Origin: Gemmatimonadota bacterium
GTDB lineage: Bacteria > Latescibacterota > UBA2968 > UBA8231
DNA: 64,000 nt
Assembly (NCBI GenBank): GCA_038153405.1
Contig: JAYOYH010000008.1
Location: 59,398-123,397 of the forward strand
Direction: 5' to 3'
The first letter of the stretch is position 1; each line of letters starts with the position of its first letter. Positions 1 to 9,627 of this stretch are shown piece after piece. A program made the translations under genes and the position numbers. Below the pieces are notes generated by a model. That model saw only the letters and a list, made by a program, of their open reading frames with translations, was not told the origin of the DNA and did not search any database.

Positions 1-293
1 GCCTGGCCGGGACCCTGCGCACGGCCCAGCACCACAAAGCGCACCACGCCGCGCAGCATGCCGAATCGGGCGATCTTATTGAAGGTGGATACGATACCCC
101 ACGACAGCGAGTAATACCCCTGCACATCAAGGCCCATAAACAGGGTCACGACCCAGAGGAACGCTCCGCGCGAGGCCCTGCCCAACTTGCCAACAAATGT
201 GATTAAACCACCGCGCGCCAGATCCCTCATATCGCGCCGTTGCTCGGTCGCTAGTCGATCGCTGGGCTGCTCGGTAGGCGAAGACTGGTCCAC
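1..293 (-). CDS. Oligosaccharide/polysaccharide flippase family protein (Wzx/MATE-like), N-terminal part; runs off the window start
   Basis: Manual minus-strand translation from GTG at 293 (in-frame ATG at 308 possible): MDQSSPTEQPSDRLATEQRRDMRDLARGGLITFVGKLGRASRGAFLWVVTLFMGLDVQGYYSLSWGIVSTFNKIARFGMLRGVVRFV. The pattern 'LARGG..TF.GK...G.YSL...FG...GVVRFV' is typical of flippase N-termini. Not in the ORF track because it is truncated. Confidence 0.7.
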   Translation of the reverse strand, partial: MDQSSPTEQPSDRLATEQRRDMRDLARGGLITFVGKLGRASRGAFLWVVTLFMGLDVQGYYSLSWGIVSTFNKIARFGMLRGVVRFVVLGRAQGPGQ

Positions 294-456
294 GACCACT
301 TCCCCCATTTTTGCGCTCTGGCGCCGCGAAAGAGGGCGGCGCCTATCCCATTTAAAGTAATACATGATGGCAAAGTGCGTTCAACATTCCCCCGGATGCC
401 GCATAATCTTGCGCGATAGGACGGGTCTGTAGGGCATTTTTTGGCGCGGCTAATCG

Positions 457-485
457 TTGACGAAAAATGGCTTTATCTCTAAATT
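457..485 (+). promoter_or_regulatory. Putative sigma70-type promoter for the lipid cluster
   Basis: TTGACG-N17-TAAATT in an AT-rich intergenic region upstream of 661. Confidence 0.5.
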
Positions 486-660
486 ATTCAATATATTTCC
501 ACCATTTTTAAGCCATATCCCAACGCCGCTTTGAACGCTGTTTTTATCCATTTTGGGTTGCCATCGGGGCCCCCGACCAGCCCCCTTCCGGCTTCGCCGC
601 GCACAGCGCGTGCTCCCAGCGCATGGAAAAGGCCGACAAAGTGCCTATTGCAAGCAGATC

Positions 661-1422
661 ATGAAAGCGCTCATCCTAGCGGCTGGACGGGGTCGCAGAC
701 TGTGGCCCTTCACGGCAGAACGACCCAAATGCCTCCTCGAAGTAGGCGGTATGACCCTGCTCGAACGCCAGCTGCACCACCTGCGCACGGTGGGTCTACA
801 GCGCATCGTCGTCGTCTGCGGATTTGGCGTTGAAAAGGTCCGCTCGGTCGTCGACACCATGCCGTTTGCCGGCGTCGAGCTGCTGTACAATCCCTTCTAT
901 GCTATGTCGGACAACCTAATTTCGCTGTGGGTCGCCCGCAGTGAGATGAATGAAGACCTCATTCTGCTCAACGGAGACAATATCTTCCACCCGGGCACCG
1001 TGCAGACCCTCCTACAGCAGCGCACCCCTTGCAGCCTGTTGGCAGCGCGCAAAGCGCGCTATACCGACGACGATATGAAGCTCTATCTCAACGGCGAGTG
1101 CGTGTCGCACATCGGCAAAACGCTGTCCTGCCAACAGGCCGACGCCGAATCGCTCGGCATGCTGTTATTCCGCGACCGGGGCGTGACCGCCCTGCGCCAG
1201 GCGCTGGAGCAAATCGTCTTTCATGACAGCGCGCTCAACAGCCATTTTCCCGCCGTCATTCAGCGCATGATCGACGACGGCCACCCATTTACCAGCTGCT
1301 TCGCCCACCCCTTTGCCTGTTCAGATGTGGACACCCCAGCCGACCTAGCCCGCGTGCGCAGCGAATTAGACCGCTACTCCATCCCAACACCCGTTTTTGA
1401 CCACGTGGAAGGGAACACCTGA
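661..1422 (+). CDS. Phosphocholine/phosphonate cytidylyltransferase-family nucleotidyltransferase (LicC-like)
   Basis: MKALILAAGRGRRL...RPKCLL signature, NPFY...NLISL, LNGD, DDDMK and DVDTPADL motifs; ATG at 661 chosen within ORF 553..1422. Confidence 0.85.
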   Translation: MKALILAAGRGRRLWPFTAERPKCLLEVGGMTLLERQLHHLRTVGLQRIVVVCGFGVEKVRSVVDTMPFAGVELLYNPFYAMSDNLISLWVARSEMNEDLILLNGDNIFHPGTVQTLLQQRTPCSLLAARKARYTDDDMKLYLNGECVSHIGKTLSCQQADAESLGMLLFRDRGVTALRQALEQIVFHDSALNSHFPAVIQRMIDDGHPFTSCFAHPFACSDVDTPADLARVRSELDRYSIPTPVFDHVEGNT

Positions 1423-2795
1423 TGCGCCAGGCCCTACTGCTATTTCCCCCGGGAGCCAGCGGCGTTGCCCTATCCCGGCGTCGCGTAGCCGGCCTGCGTC
1501 TGCTCGACCGCCAAGTGCGCACCCTAGTGCGCGCCGGCGTCGAACACATCAGCATCGTGCTCCCTTCCGGTGCAGATACCAAGCTGACGCCCCTCGCACA
1601 GAAATTGCCCGTTCAACTCGAGTTCTCGACCCACGGTCAAACACCCACACTACCGGCTCCCGACGAGCCGTATCTACTGCTCATGGGCGAGTACGTCCAC
1701 CACCACTCGTCCCTTTCGGCGTGGCTTGGCGGCCGGCAGCAGCGCGCAGCGCTTGCCGTTCACGCCACCGAACACCCTGGTCAGCGCGGTCCGCTGCGCC
1801 AGGCCCAAGCAGGCCTCGGCGAAGTCGAGACCGAGGGAGGCGCTTTTTCGAGCGGTGCCTTCCAATGCAATCCGGCCACCCTTTCGCCGCGCGATTTGAG
1901 CGCTGCCGAGACCCCCTGGTCCCTCCTATCTTCGGTTGCGGCTGGGGACATCGACGTCGACGACACGGGTCAAGCCCTCTGGCGCCGCGTGGACCGCCCG
2001 GGTGGAACAAGGGCCGTCAAGAACATGCTCTTCGGCCAGGTTACCAAGTCGACCAGCGGCTTTATTTCGCGCCATATCAACGCGCGCTTGTCCATTCCCA
2101 CCAGCAAGCTGTTGGTCGAGACCGGCCTGAGTCCACACGCCATCACCGTGCTGCTCGTGCTGACGACCGGACTGTACAGTGCCTATCTGATCAGCATCGC
2201 CCAAGACTACGGCACGCTCCTGCTCAGCGGCACGCTGTGGCAACTAGCTGCCGTTTTTGACCGCTGCGACGGCGAGGTGGCGCGCGTCAAACTCTGCGAG
2301 TCAAAGTTCGGTGCCTGGTTTGATACCGTCACCGATAATCTCGCCTACCTGTGCGGCTGTATCGGCACGCTGGTTGGCATCAGCCGCCTCTACCCCGACG
2401 AGCCGCTATACGCCTACATGGGGGGGTCGTCGATCGTCGCCATGTTCCTGACCATCGTCGTGATGTACAGCTACGCACACAAGACGGGCAGCGGCAGCCT
2501 GCAGCACTATCTGCGCGCCCTAACCCAAGAAGTCTCCGAAGAGGAGAAGGGCTGGGTGCAGAAGTTGATGGAGCGCTACGGCTTTGTCGCCAAACGCGAT
2601 TTCTTCTCCTTCTACGTCTTTCTCGCCTGTGCGGCCAACCAACTGGCGCTAATCTACTGGTTTTTGGTGGCCGTGCTGCACTTGGCGGCGGCGGCCGTCC
2701 TGCTGTCCCGGCGCAAAATGCTGCACAGCCACCGTGCAATGGATCGGCGTCCAGAGGTCGCGGCCCAATCCGCCCTAGCCGAGGACCGGCGATGA
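1422..2795 (+). CDS. CDP-alcohol phosphatidyltransferase with degenerate N-terminal nucleotidyltransferase-like domain
   Basis: Family signature DRCDGEVAR...SKFGAWFDTVTD; GFISRHINARLS and SPHAIT motifs; C-terminal TM helices; N-terminal 'VAGLRLLDRQVRTLVRAGVEHI' resembles an NTase fold without the GxGxR loop. Confidence 0.88.
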   Translation: MRQALLLFPPGASGVALSRRRVAGLRLLDRQVRTLVRAGVEHISIVLPSGADTKLTPLAQKLPVQLEFSTHGQTPTLPAPDEPYLLLMGEYVHHHSSLSAWLGGRQQRAALAVHATEHPGQRGPLRQAQAGLGEVETEGGAFSSGAFQCNPATLSPRDLSAAETPWSLLSSVAAGDIDVDDTGQALWRRVDRPGGTRAVKNMLFGQVTKSTSGFISRHINARLSIPTSKLLVETGLSPHAITVLLVLTTGLYSAYLISIAQDYGTLLLSGTLWQLAAVFDRCDGEVARVKLCESKFGAWFDTVTDNLAYLCGCIGTLVGISRLYPDEPLYAYMGGSSIVAMFLTIVVMYSYAHKTGSGSLQHYLRALTQEVSEEEKGWVQKLMERYGFVAKRDFFSFYVFLACAANQLALIYWFLVAVLHLAAAAVLLSRRKMLHSHRAMDRRPEVAAQSALAEDRR

Positions 2796-3844
2796 AATTT
2801 TTCAAGTTTGCCATGCCCGCTATAGGCCTGCTCCTATTGGGCTACCTCATCGGCGCGCTCGGACCGGGAGAAATCGGTCGCCACTTAGCCGTCCTCAAGT
2901 GGACCTTTCCCCTCGTGTTGCTCTTGGCCTGTTCGTGGCATATAAGCAACTCCATCGCCTGGAGCTTTGCCTTTGCGCCAGAGGACAATACGCCCCGCCT
3001 GCGCTCGCTATTCATGGCCAAACTCGCCGGCGAAGCGGTGAGTCAGATCACCCCGCTGGCCAATCTGGGCGGCGAGCCACTCAAAGCCTACCTGCTGCGC
3101 AGCGAGGTGCCCGACTGGAGCGGCCTGGCGGCCGTCGTCGTCAACAAAGCCGCACAAACGCTTACCGGCCTTGCCTTCACCATGATCGGGTTGAGCATGG
3201 TGTTCTTTTACTGGGATCTGCCGCTGGAAGTCCCCCTGGCCATCCGCACGGGCCTCGTCGGGTTGATGACGGCGGCCGTCTTACTTGTGCTGGTCCTGTG
3301 GAAGCGGCAGCAGCGGCTGTTCTCGTCTATTGTGCGCGTGCTAAACCGCTTGGGAATGCGCGCGCACGGCATCGAAGAGCGCATGGCCAAGGCCAGCCGC
3401 ATCGACGCCAGCATTGGCCGCTTTTATCGCGAGCATAAGGGGCGTTTCTTCCTCGTCCTCTTCTTCCATAGCATCGGATGGATGCTGGGCGCCTGTGAGA
3501 CGTATGTCATTCTGCGGACATTGGAGCCGTCGATTAGCTTTCCCGTCGCTTTCTTAGTCACTTCGCTGACCGTCATCATCAACAGCCTCTTTTTCTTTAT
3601 GCCCTCCAACATCGGCATCTTAGAAGGCGGTCAGGTCTTCCTGCTTACCACGCTGGGCCTCAACCCGGCCATGGGCCTGTCGCTGGGCATTGCCAAGCGC
3701 ATGCGCAAGGTGTTCTGGATTTCCATCGGCTGGCTTTTTCTTACGCGCCTAAGCCACCGGGCACTGACCAACGAGCCCGCAGGGCGCAGACCGCTCTCCC
3801 CAGCAGAACCGCCCATAGCGCACGGGGAGTTGCACTACAATTGA
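2792..3844 (+). CDS. Lysylphosphatidylglycerol synthase TM-domain / flippase-like membrane protein (UPF0104, HpnL-like)
   Basis: ATG at 2792 overlaps the upstream stop (ATGA); motifs 'GEAVSQITPLANLGGEPLKAYLL' and 'FFMPSNIGILEGG'; multiple TM helices. Confidence 0.85.
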   Translation: MKFFKFAMPAIGLLLLGYLIGALGPGEIGRHLAVLKWTFPLVLLLACSWHISNSIAWSFAFAPEDNTPRLRSLFMAKLAGEAVSQITPLANLGGEPLKAYLLRSEVPDWSGLAAVVVNKAAQTLTGLAFTMIGLSMVFFYWDLPLEVPLAIRTGLVGLMTAAVLLVLVLWKRQQRLFSSIVRVLNRLGMRAHGIEERMAKASRIDASIGRFYREHKGRFFLVLFFHSIGWMLGACETYVILRTLEPSISFPVAFLVTSLTVIINSLFFFMPSNIGILEGGQVFLLTTLGLNPAMGLSLGIAKRMRKVFWISIGWLFLTRLSHRALTNEPAGRRPLSPAEPPIAHGELHYN

Positions 3845-5190
3845 TTGCCCTTCTCCTATCGTGTGCTTTTGCCACCGGCCTCTTAGCACAGGAATCCCCT
3901 GCTCCCTACGCGCTCGAGGAACTCATCGCGCACGCGCTCGAGCACAATATGGACATTGCGGCCGCGCGCTGGAAGGTCGCCGCCGCCGATGCCCAACTGC
4001 GCAAAGCCGAATCGGCGCGCGTTCTACCCCGCCTGCGCATCGACAGCGAGAGTGGGCTCGTGCCAGAAGCCAAAGGCGACATCTTCAACCCCCCGTCCGA
4101 CACGTCCGGCGTTCGTCCGCTCGGACCGTTTAACCGCACCGAGCTGGAATTCATCCAGCCCATTTACCCGGTTAGCCGTGGCCGCCAGCTCAAAGCGGCG
4201 GCAGAAAACGGCGTGGGCGTCGAACAGGCCGACTTGGCCGATGCGCGCGTCACCGCTGAATACGAGATAAAGAAGCTATATCACGGCGTGCTGCTGGCGC
4301 AGGATCTGAACGCGCTGGTGCGGCGTCTAACGGACGAACTCGACGAGCGCCGGGACGATATAGCCCAGTCCGACGCCTTGCCTATATCGAGCCGCTATAA
4401 GCTGGAGCTAGCTCTGCTCGAACTGGAAAAGCAGGAGCGCGAAGTGACGATGCAGCTCAGCATGGCACAGCGCGCGCTGGCATGGCAGGCGGGTATGGCC
4501 GATTCGACGGCGCTGACCCTGCGCGCGCGCTGGCTGGCCCCGGTCCAAACGGAGATCCCTGCAATAGAATACCTTATGCAACAGTCTCTCGCCCAGCGCC
4601 CAGACTGGCGCAAATTACAGGCCGGCATAGCCGCTAAGAGAGCGCTGCGCGAGGCCGCAAAAGGCGCTTACAAACCGCAGGTATTTATCGGCGGTGGGCT
4701 GCGCTTTGCCATAGCGCCGGGGCGCACCGACCAACACAATCCCTTTGTCAAGGATGAGTTCAATCTCTTTAACGGAGCCGTATTCGTCGGCGTGCGCCAA
4801 TCGCTTGAGTTCCACCTGCTCGCCGCAGACGTAGCCAAGGCCGACGCCGAATACCGCCAGCTGGCCTCCATGCGCGAAAGCGCGCGGCAGGGCATGCAGC
4901 TAGACGTGCGGCGCGCTTACGCCGAATGGCAGCGCGCCGAGGGCGATTTGGCTGCGGCGCAGCAGAGCAGACAGCTGGCCCGCCAGTGGCTCAAAGAGGC
5001 CCAGGAAGAATACGAATTTGATTCCGACCAACTCAAAGAGCTCATTGCCGCATTCGAGAGTTGGGCGCAGATCGAACGGGCGCACTTTCAGGCCATCTAC
5101 GATTTCAACCTCAGCGTAGCTGCCCTAGAAAAAGCGTGCGGCGGTCTGCCGCTGAGTCGGGAAAACTTAGATGCACTGCGCGATGAATGA
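3841..5190 (+). CDS. TolC-family outer membrane efflux protein
   Basis: Signal peptide; two OEP repeats (LEELIAHALEHN...AARWKV; LAQRPDW...YKPQV); C-terminal 'AIYDFNLSVAALEKACG'. Confidence 0.85.
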   Translation: MIALLLSCAFATGLLAQESPAPYALEELIAHALEHNMDIAAARWKVAAADAQLRKAESARVLPRLRIDSESGLVPEAKGDIFNPPSDTSGVRPLGPFNRTELEFIQPIYPVSRGRQLKAAAENGVGVEQADLADARVTAEYEIKKLYHGVLLAQDLNALVRRLTDELDERRDDIAQSDALPISSRYKLELALLELEKQEREVTMQLSMAQRALAWQAGMADSTALTLRARWLAPVQTEIPAIEYLMQQSLAQRPDWRKLQAGIAAKRALREAAKGAYKPQVFIGGGLRFAIAPGRTDQHNPFVKDEFNLFNGAVFVGVRQSLEFHLLAADVAKADAEYRQLASMRESARQGMQLDVRRAYAEWQRAEGDLAAAQQSRQLARQWLKEAQEEYEFDSDQLKELIAAFESWAQIERAHFQAIYDFNLSVAALEKACGGLPLSRENLDALRDE

Positions 5191-6493
5191 GCTCCTCAAA
5201 TCCGCCCTATTGCTCTGTGCGCTAGCGGCGACGGGACTGCAAGCACAGCCTGCGCGCTTTACCGAGGCACTGGGACAGCTACACCAGCAGCTACAGCAAT
5301 CCGATCGCCAAGGCGCAGCCATGGCCGAAGACATCGTGCGGCAGTGGGTGGACGTGCGCAGTATTGCCGTCGCTGCATTTGGCCAGTATGTCGAACAAAG
5401 CCTCGAATCGTATCGCGAAGTACTCGACGATCGAACCTTCTCCGAGTTGGTCGAACTATACGAAGGACGCTTGACCCAAGCGGTGGGCAACCGCCTTGTT
5501 GTCGACCTCGGACACCAGCTCGACAACCCGGCGCTGGCCGGCGTCGAGCTGCGCGATTTGCGCGGCGACGCAGCCGGCAACACCGCTTCGCTGGCCGCGA
5601 TAAATGCACATGGCGGCACGACGGCTCTCTCGCTGGAGATGGCCGCAGACGGCGGCACTTGGCGCATCGTTCGAATCGCTATCGACGGCCGCGACCTAGG
5701 CGAGCACTACCGCGCGCTGTGCAGCGATATCGTCGCCGCGCGCTACTCGCTGCCCGTTCTCGTCAGCCGACTAGAAGAGATGCCCTACATCGCCGTCGAA
5801 GACTTTGCCCAGACCCCGATTGGGCAAACGCCTCTCGACTGGGGATCCTGGCGCGAAAAGGACAAGGGCAAACCGCGCCTGTACCGCGTTCACGCGCGCG
5901 GAGAACAGCGCTATATCGCCGCCAGCGACTCGGGCTACTCGGTCATCTTGGGCAAATTCGTTCACTGGAATCCGCGCGAATATCCCATCATGACCTGGTG
6001 CTGGCGCGCCAATGCGATCCCGCCGGGCGGCAATGAATTTCTCGACCACGCCAACGACAGCGCCGCCGGACTCTACGTCATCTTTTCGCAAAACTGGCTG
6101 CACGTGCCCAAACAGCTCAAGTACGTGTGGAGTTCGACGCTACCCGAGGGGACGGTGGGACGGCGCAAAAAGATTTTCAGGCCTTGGTTCTTCGTCCTTG
6201 AAAGCGGCGAGGAAAATTTGGGGCAGTGGACCTTCGAGCAGGTCGATCTCGAACGAGACCACCGGCTCAAACTCGGCGGTTTGCCCTCCGAACGCACGAT
6301 TGGATTGGGCTTGTTAACCGATGCCAATTCAACCCGCTCCTATGCCGAAGCGTTTTACGCCGACATGCGCGTATGGAAGCGAGAAGCGTTGGAACGGCGC
6401 CAAATCGCCGATTATTGCGGCGGCCTGCGCGACAACGGCCCGACAGCGCGTCGAGGGAGCGCGCTATGGGGCCGCGACCCAATGGACCGATAA
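5183..6493 (+). CDS. Exported MlaC/Ttg2-like + DUF3047 fusion protein
   Basis: Signal peptide; N-half 'WVDVRSIAVAAFGQY...WRIVRIAIDGRDLGEHYR' is MlaC-like; C-half 'YPIMTWCWRA...NDSAAGLYVIF...LKYVWSSTLPEG...LLTDANST' is DUF3047-like. Confidence 0.7.
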   Translation: MNELLKSALLLCALAATGLQAQPARFTEALGQLHQQLQQSDRQGAAMAEDIVRQWVDVRSIAVAAFGQYVEQSLESYREVLDDRTFSELVELYEGRLTQAVGNRLVVDLGHQLDNPALAGVELRDLRGDAAGNTASLAAINAHGGTTALSLEMAADGGTWRIVRIAIDGRDLGEHYRALCSDIVAARYSLPVLVSRLEEMPYIAVEDFAQTPIGQTPLDWGSWREKDKGKPRLYRVHARGEQRYIAASDSGYSVILGKFVHWNPREYPIMTWCWRANAIPPGGNEFLDHANDSAAGLYVIFSQNWLHVPKQLKYVWSSTLPEGTVGRRKKIFRPWFFVLESGEENLGQWTFEQVDLERDHRLKLGGLPSERTIGLGLLTDANSTRSYAEAFYADMRVWKREALERRQIADYCGGLRDNGPTARRGSALWGRDPMDR

Positions 6494-6508
6494 GAGAGAA
6501 CACACACC

Positions 6509-7129
6509 ATGAAGAAACAATATGTCGGACTGCTGCTGACGCTATGGATAGGCGCCGTCGCGGCCTGGGCGCAGCCGGAGCAACCTGCACAAAATGGCCC
6601 CATAGACTTTCTCGTCGAGCACGATGCCAGGGTCAGGGGGCTGCTGCAAGAAGCGCCCGGCGATACGCTGCCTAGGGCGCTGAAGGACACTATCAAGGCT
6701 CGGATCAACGCGGCCTTCGACTTCGAGGAGTTGAGCCGCCTCGCCCTCGGGACGCACTGGGAACAGCGCACACCGGAAGAGCGCGCCCACTTTGTGCGCA
6801 CGTTCAGCGGCATTATCCGCGAGCAGAACTTCGACAGCTTTGTGCGCTATTACAGAGAGGGCACCATCCGCTACGACGGCCAGCAAATAGACGGCGACAG
6901 AGCCGTCGTCAAGGCATCGGTCCCCCTCGAGCGCGAAACGGTGTCCATAGCCTACGACTTGCACAAGCGAGGCGACCAATGGCTCGTTTGCGACCTCAGC
7001 ATCGACGGGGCGAGCACGGCCGAGGGCAACCGGCGGCGCTATGCGCGCTACTTGGAGAAAAAATCATACGCCATGCTCATTCAGCAGTTGGATAAACAGT
7101 TGGCGCGCTTGCTGGAGGACGGGAAATAG
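6509..7129 (+). CDS. MlaC/Ttg2D (HpnM-like) periplasmic lipid-binding protein
   Basis: Signal peptide; 'FDFEELSRLALGTHWEQRTPEERAHFVRTF' and 'WLVCDLSIDGAS...NRR'. Confidence 0.85.
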   Translation: MKKQYVGLLLTLWIGAVAAWAQPEQPAQNGPIDFLVEHDARVRGLLQEAPGDTLPRALKDTIKARINAAFDFEELSRLALGTHWEQRTPEERAHFVRTFSGIIREQNFDSFVRYYREGTIRYDGQQIDGDRAVVKASVPLERETVSIAYDLHKRGDQWLVCDLSIDGASTAEGNRRRYARYLEKKSYAMLIQQLDKQLARLLEDGK

Positions 7130-7137
7130 CCCACGCC

Positions 7138-9540
7138 ATGCGCATCAACTATCAACGACTCGTCCACTACATATACCACCACCACATCGGCATCATTGCG
7201 TTGGCGCTGTTGGTTTCCCTGTTCTCCGGCTTCTTTGCTGCCAAGCTATCCAAGAATATCAAGACCGATTTTGCCGACCTGCTGCCCGACAACTACGTCA
7301 GCGTGCACGAGCTCAACCGCATCAAAGCGCGCGTGGGCGGCATCGGACCGCTGATGATCATCATAACCAGCGATGATCTGGACAAGGCCGTCGAATTTAT
7401 GTCCGTCTTGGCCGACTCGCTGGAGGACAGCCCGTATATCAGCTCGCTCAGCACGCGCGATAGCCGCAAGGAAATGCTGAGGAAAAACCGCCTGCTCTAC
7501 ATGGACGTGCAGGATATCGAAACAATCTACAGCCGCTTGGACGACCATATCGAGCTGGAGAAACTCAAGCAGTCCCCCCTCTACTTTGCCCTCGACGACG
7601 AGGAAGAAGACGACCTCGACTTCTCCGATATAGAGGAGAAATACAGAAAAAAGGTCGCAGCGAAGTCGGATATAGCCGCGCGCTACGACTCCTATATCCT
7701 CACCGAAGAAGAAAACGGCGTTATCCTGCGCCTCTACCCATCGGGCGTCATAACCGACGTCCAGTTTTCACAGGCCCTGCTCGAGAGCCTTGACCGCACG
7801 ATCAAGACCATCGATCCCAAGCGTTTCCATCCAAGCATCGAGTATGTCTACAAGGGCAGTTTTAAAAATAGCGCCAGTCAGATAAAGATCATTATGGAGG
7901 ACCTCAAGTCGACTGCTGCCTACAGCATTATCGGCGTGCTCCTTCTGATCTCGATTTACTTTCGCCAGGTCCTCGCCTCCTTGTTCATCGCCCTGCCGCT
8001 GCTAATGAGTCTGGCCTGGACGTTTGGCGTAACCTATCTGTTTATCGGCAGCCTCAACATGATCACCGTCGGTCTCTTCGCCATTCTATTCGGACTGGGC
8101 ATCGATTTTGGCATTCACATCTTTGCCCGTTATAGAGAGGCGCGACGGCGCGGCACCAACGTGGAGGAAGCGCTGACCGAGACCGTCGTCAATACCGGCA
8201 GCGCCCTGACGACGACAGCTGTCACCACTTCCGTGGCCTTTTACTCGCTGCTGATAACCGATTTCAAGGGCTTCTCCGAATTCGGCTTTATCGTGGGCAC
8301 TGGCATCCTCTTCTCGCTAGTGGCGATGATCATTATTTGCCCAGCCTTTATCGTGGTTGGCGAACGCCTGCACATCGTGCGCCTAGCGCGTCAAGACGTG
8401 CCGCGCCACCTGCTGCGCCGCGGCCACTATCCCGCCCCGATCATCACGCTGCTCCTCGGCGTTATCGCCTCGCTGTACTCGCTGTACCACACCGACTACA
8501 TTGAGTTTGAGTACGATTTTAGCAAGCTCAAGCCGGCAGCCGAAGCCAACGAAGGCCGAGTCAGCTTACCCGAATCGCTCAAAGAGGGCCGCTCGCCGGC
8601 CATCGTGTTAACGGAGAGCTACGACGATGCCATGGAGGTGGTCAATACCGTCAAACAAATCCGCGCTAGCCACGGCGATTCATCGACGATTAACTCCGTC
8701 AAAAGCGTCTACTCAGTGCTGCCGCGCAGGCAGGACGAAAAGCTCGAGATCATCGCCAATATTCGCGCGCTACTCGACGATAATGAAGGTCTGTTCAGCG
8801 AAGAGCAGCGCGTCAGGGTCGATTCGCTGCGACCCTATGTAGACGTGACCAAACTCACGCTCTACGACCTACCGGAAGACCTTACCAACGAATTCAAGAG
8901 CAAGAACGGCGAGATCCTCAGCTTCGTGGCCATCAACGCCTCTGTCCAGCTCAAAGACGGACGCAATGCCATTCGCTTTGCCGACGAAATTCACACGATT
9001 ACAACGCCGTCCAACAAAACCTATTACGCCTCCAGTTCGCATGTCATCATCGCCGAGATGCTGCGCGTCATGCTCGACGACAGCTCGCTGGCCGTCATGC
9101 TCACCCTGTCTGTCGTCGCGCTGGTATTGCTCATCGACCTTCGCTCTGTCGTCGATACCCTGCTGGTCCTAACGCCCTTAGTGACTGCGCTCATTTGGGT
9201 CATGGGCTTTATGTACATCTTTGATATCAAGCTCAACCTCTACAACATGGTTGCCTTCCCGACGATCATTGGCATGGGTATCGATAACGGCGTTCATATT
9301 TTTCATCGCTATCGCGAAGCCGGCAGGGGATCGCTGCGCCTAGTCCTGCGCACGACCGGCGTGGCCCTGCTGGCAACCTCGATGACGACCATGGTGGGCT
9401 TTTCCGGGCTAGTTCCCGCTCACCACCCGGCGCTGACCTCTATCGGCGTGCTATCGCTAATCGGCTTGGGCTGCTGCCTGCTGACGTCCGTCACGCTGCT
9501 GCCCGCCCTCCTGCAGCTGCGCGAACGCCGGCAGGGCTGA
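7138..9540 (+). CDS. MMPL/RND-family lipid exporter (HpnN-like)
   Basis: Two RND halves with GLGIDFGIH and GMGIDNGVH motifs; large periplasmic loops; about 12 TMs. Confidence 0.9.
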   Translation: MRINYQRLVHYIYHHHIGIIALALLVSLFSGFFAAKLSKNIKTDFADLLPDNYVSVHELNRIKARVGGIGPLMIIITSDDLDKAVEFMSVLADSLEDSPYISSLSTRDSRKEMLRKNRLLYMDVQDIETIYSRLDDHIELEKLKQSPLYFALDDEEEDDLDFSDIEEKYRKKVAAKSDIAARYDSYILTEEENGVILRLYPSGVITDVQFSQALLESLDRTIKTIDPKRFHPSIEYVYKGSFKNSASQIKIIMEDLKSTAAYSIIGVLLLISIYFRQVLASLFIALPLLMSLAWTFGVTYLFIGSLNMITVGLFAILFGLGIDFGIHIFARYREARRRGTNVEEALTETVVNTGSALTTTAVTTSVAFYSLLITDFKGFSEFGFIVGTGILFSLVAMIIICPAFIVVGERLHIVRLARQDVPRHLLRRGHYPAPIITLLLGVIASLYSLYHTDYIEFEYDFSKLKPAAEANEGRVSLPESLKEGRSPAIVLTESYDDAMEVVNTVKQIRASHGDSSTINSVKSVYSVLPRRQDEKLEIIANIRALLDDNEGLFSEEQRVRVDSLRPYVDVTKLTLYDLPEDLTNEFKSKNGEILSFVAINASVQLKDGRNAIRFADEIHTITTPSNKTYYASSSHVIIAEMLRVMLDDSSLAVMLTLSVVALVLLIDLRSVVDTLLVLTPLVTALIWVMGFMYIFDIKLNLYNMVAFPTIIGMGIDNGVHIFHRYREAGRGSLRLVLRTTGVALLATSMTTMVGFSGLVPAHHPALTSIGVLSLIGLGCCLLTSVTLLPALLQLRERRQG

Positions 9541-9567
9541 TCTCGGCCGGCGCGCGCATAAAAAACA

Positions 9568-9597
9568 AAAGGCTCACCTATTAGCAGGTAAGCCTTT
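9568..9597. terminator. Hairpin, probable intrinsic terminator between the convergent MMPL gene and tRNA
   Basis: AAAGGCTCACCT-attagc-AGGTAAGCCTTT; preceded by an A-tract (U-tract on minus strand). Confidence 0.55.
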
Positions 9598-9627
9598 ACA
9601 CTCAACGAGTTTTAGATATATTCACAA

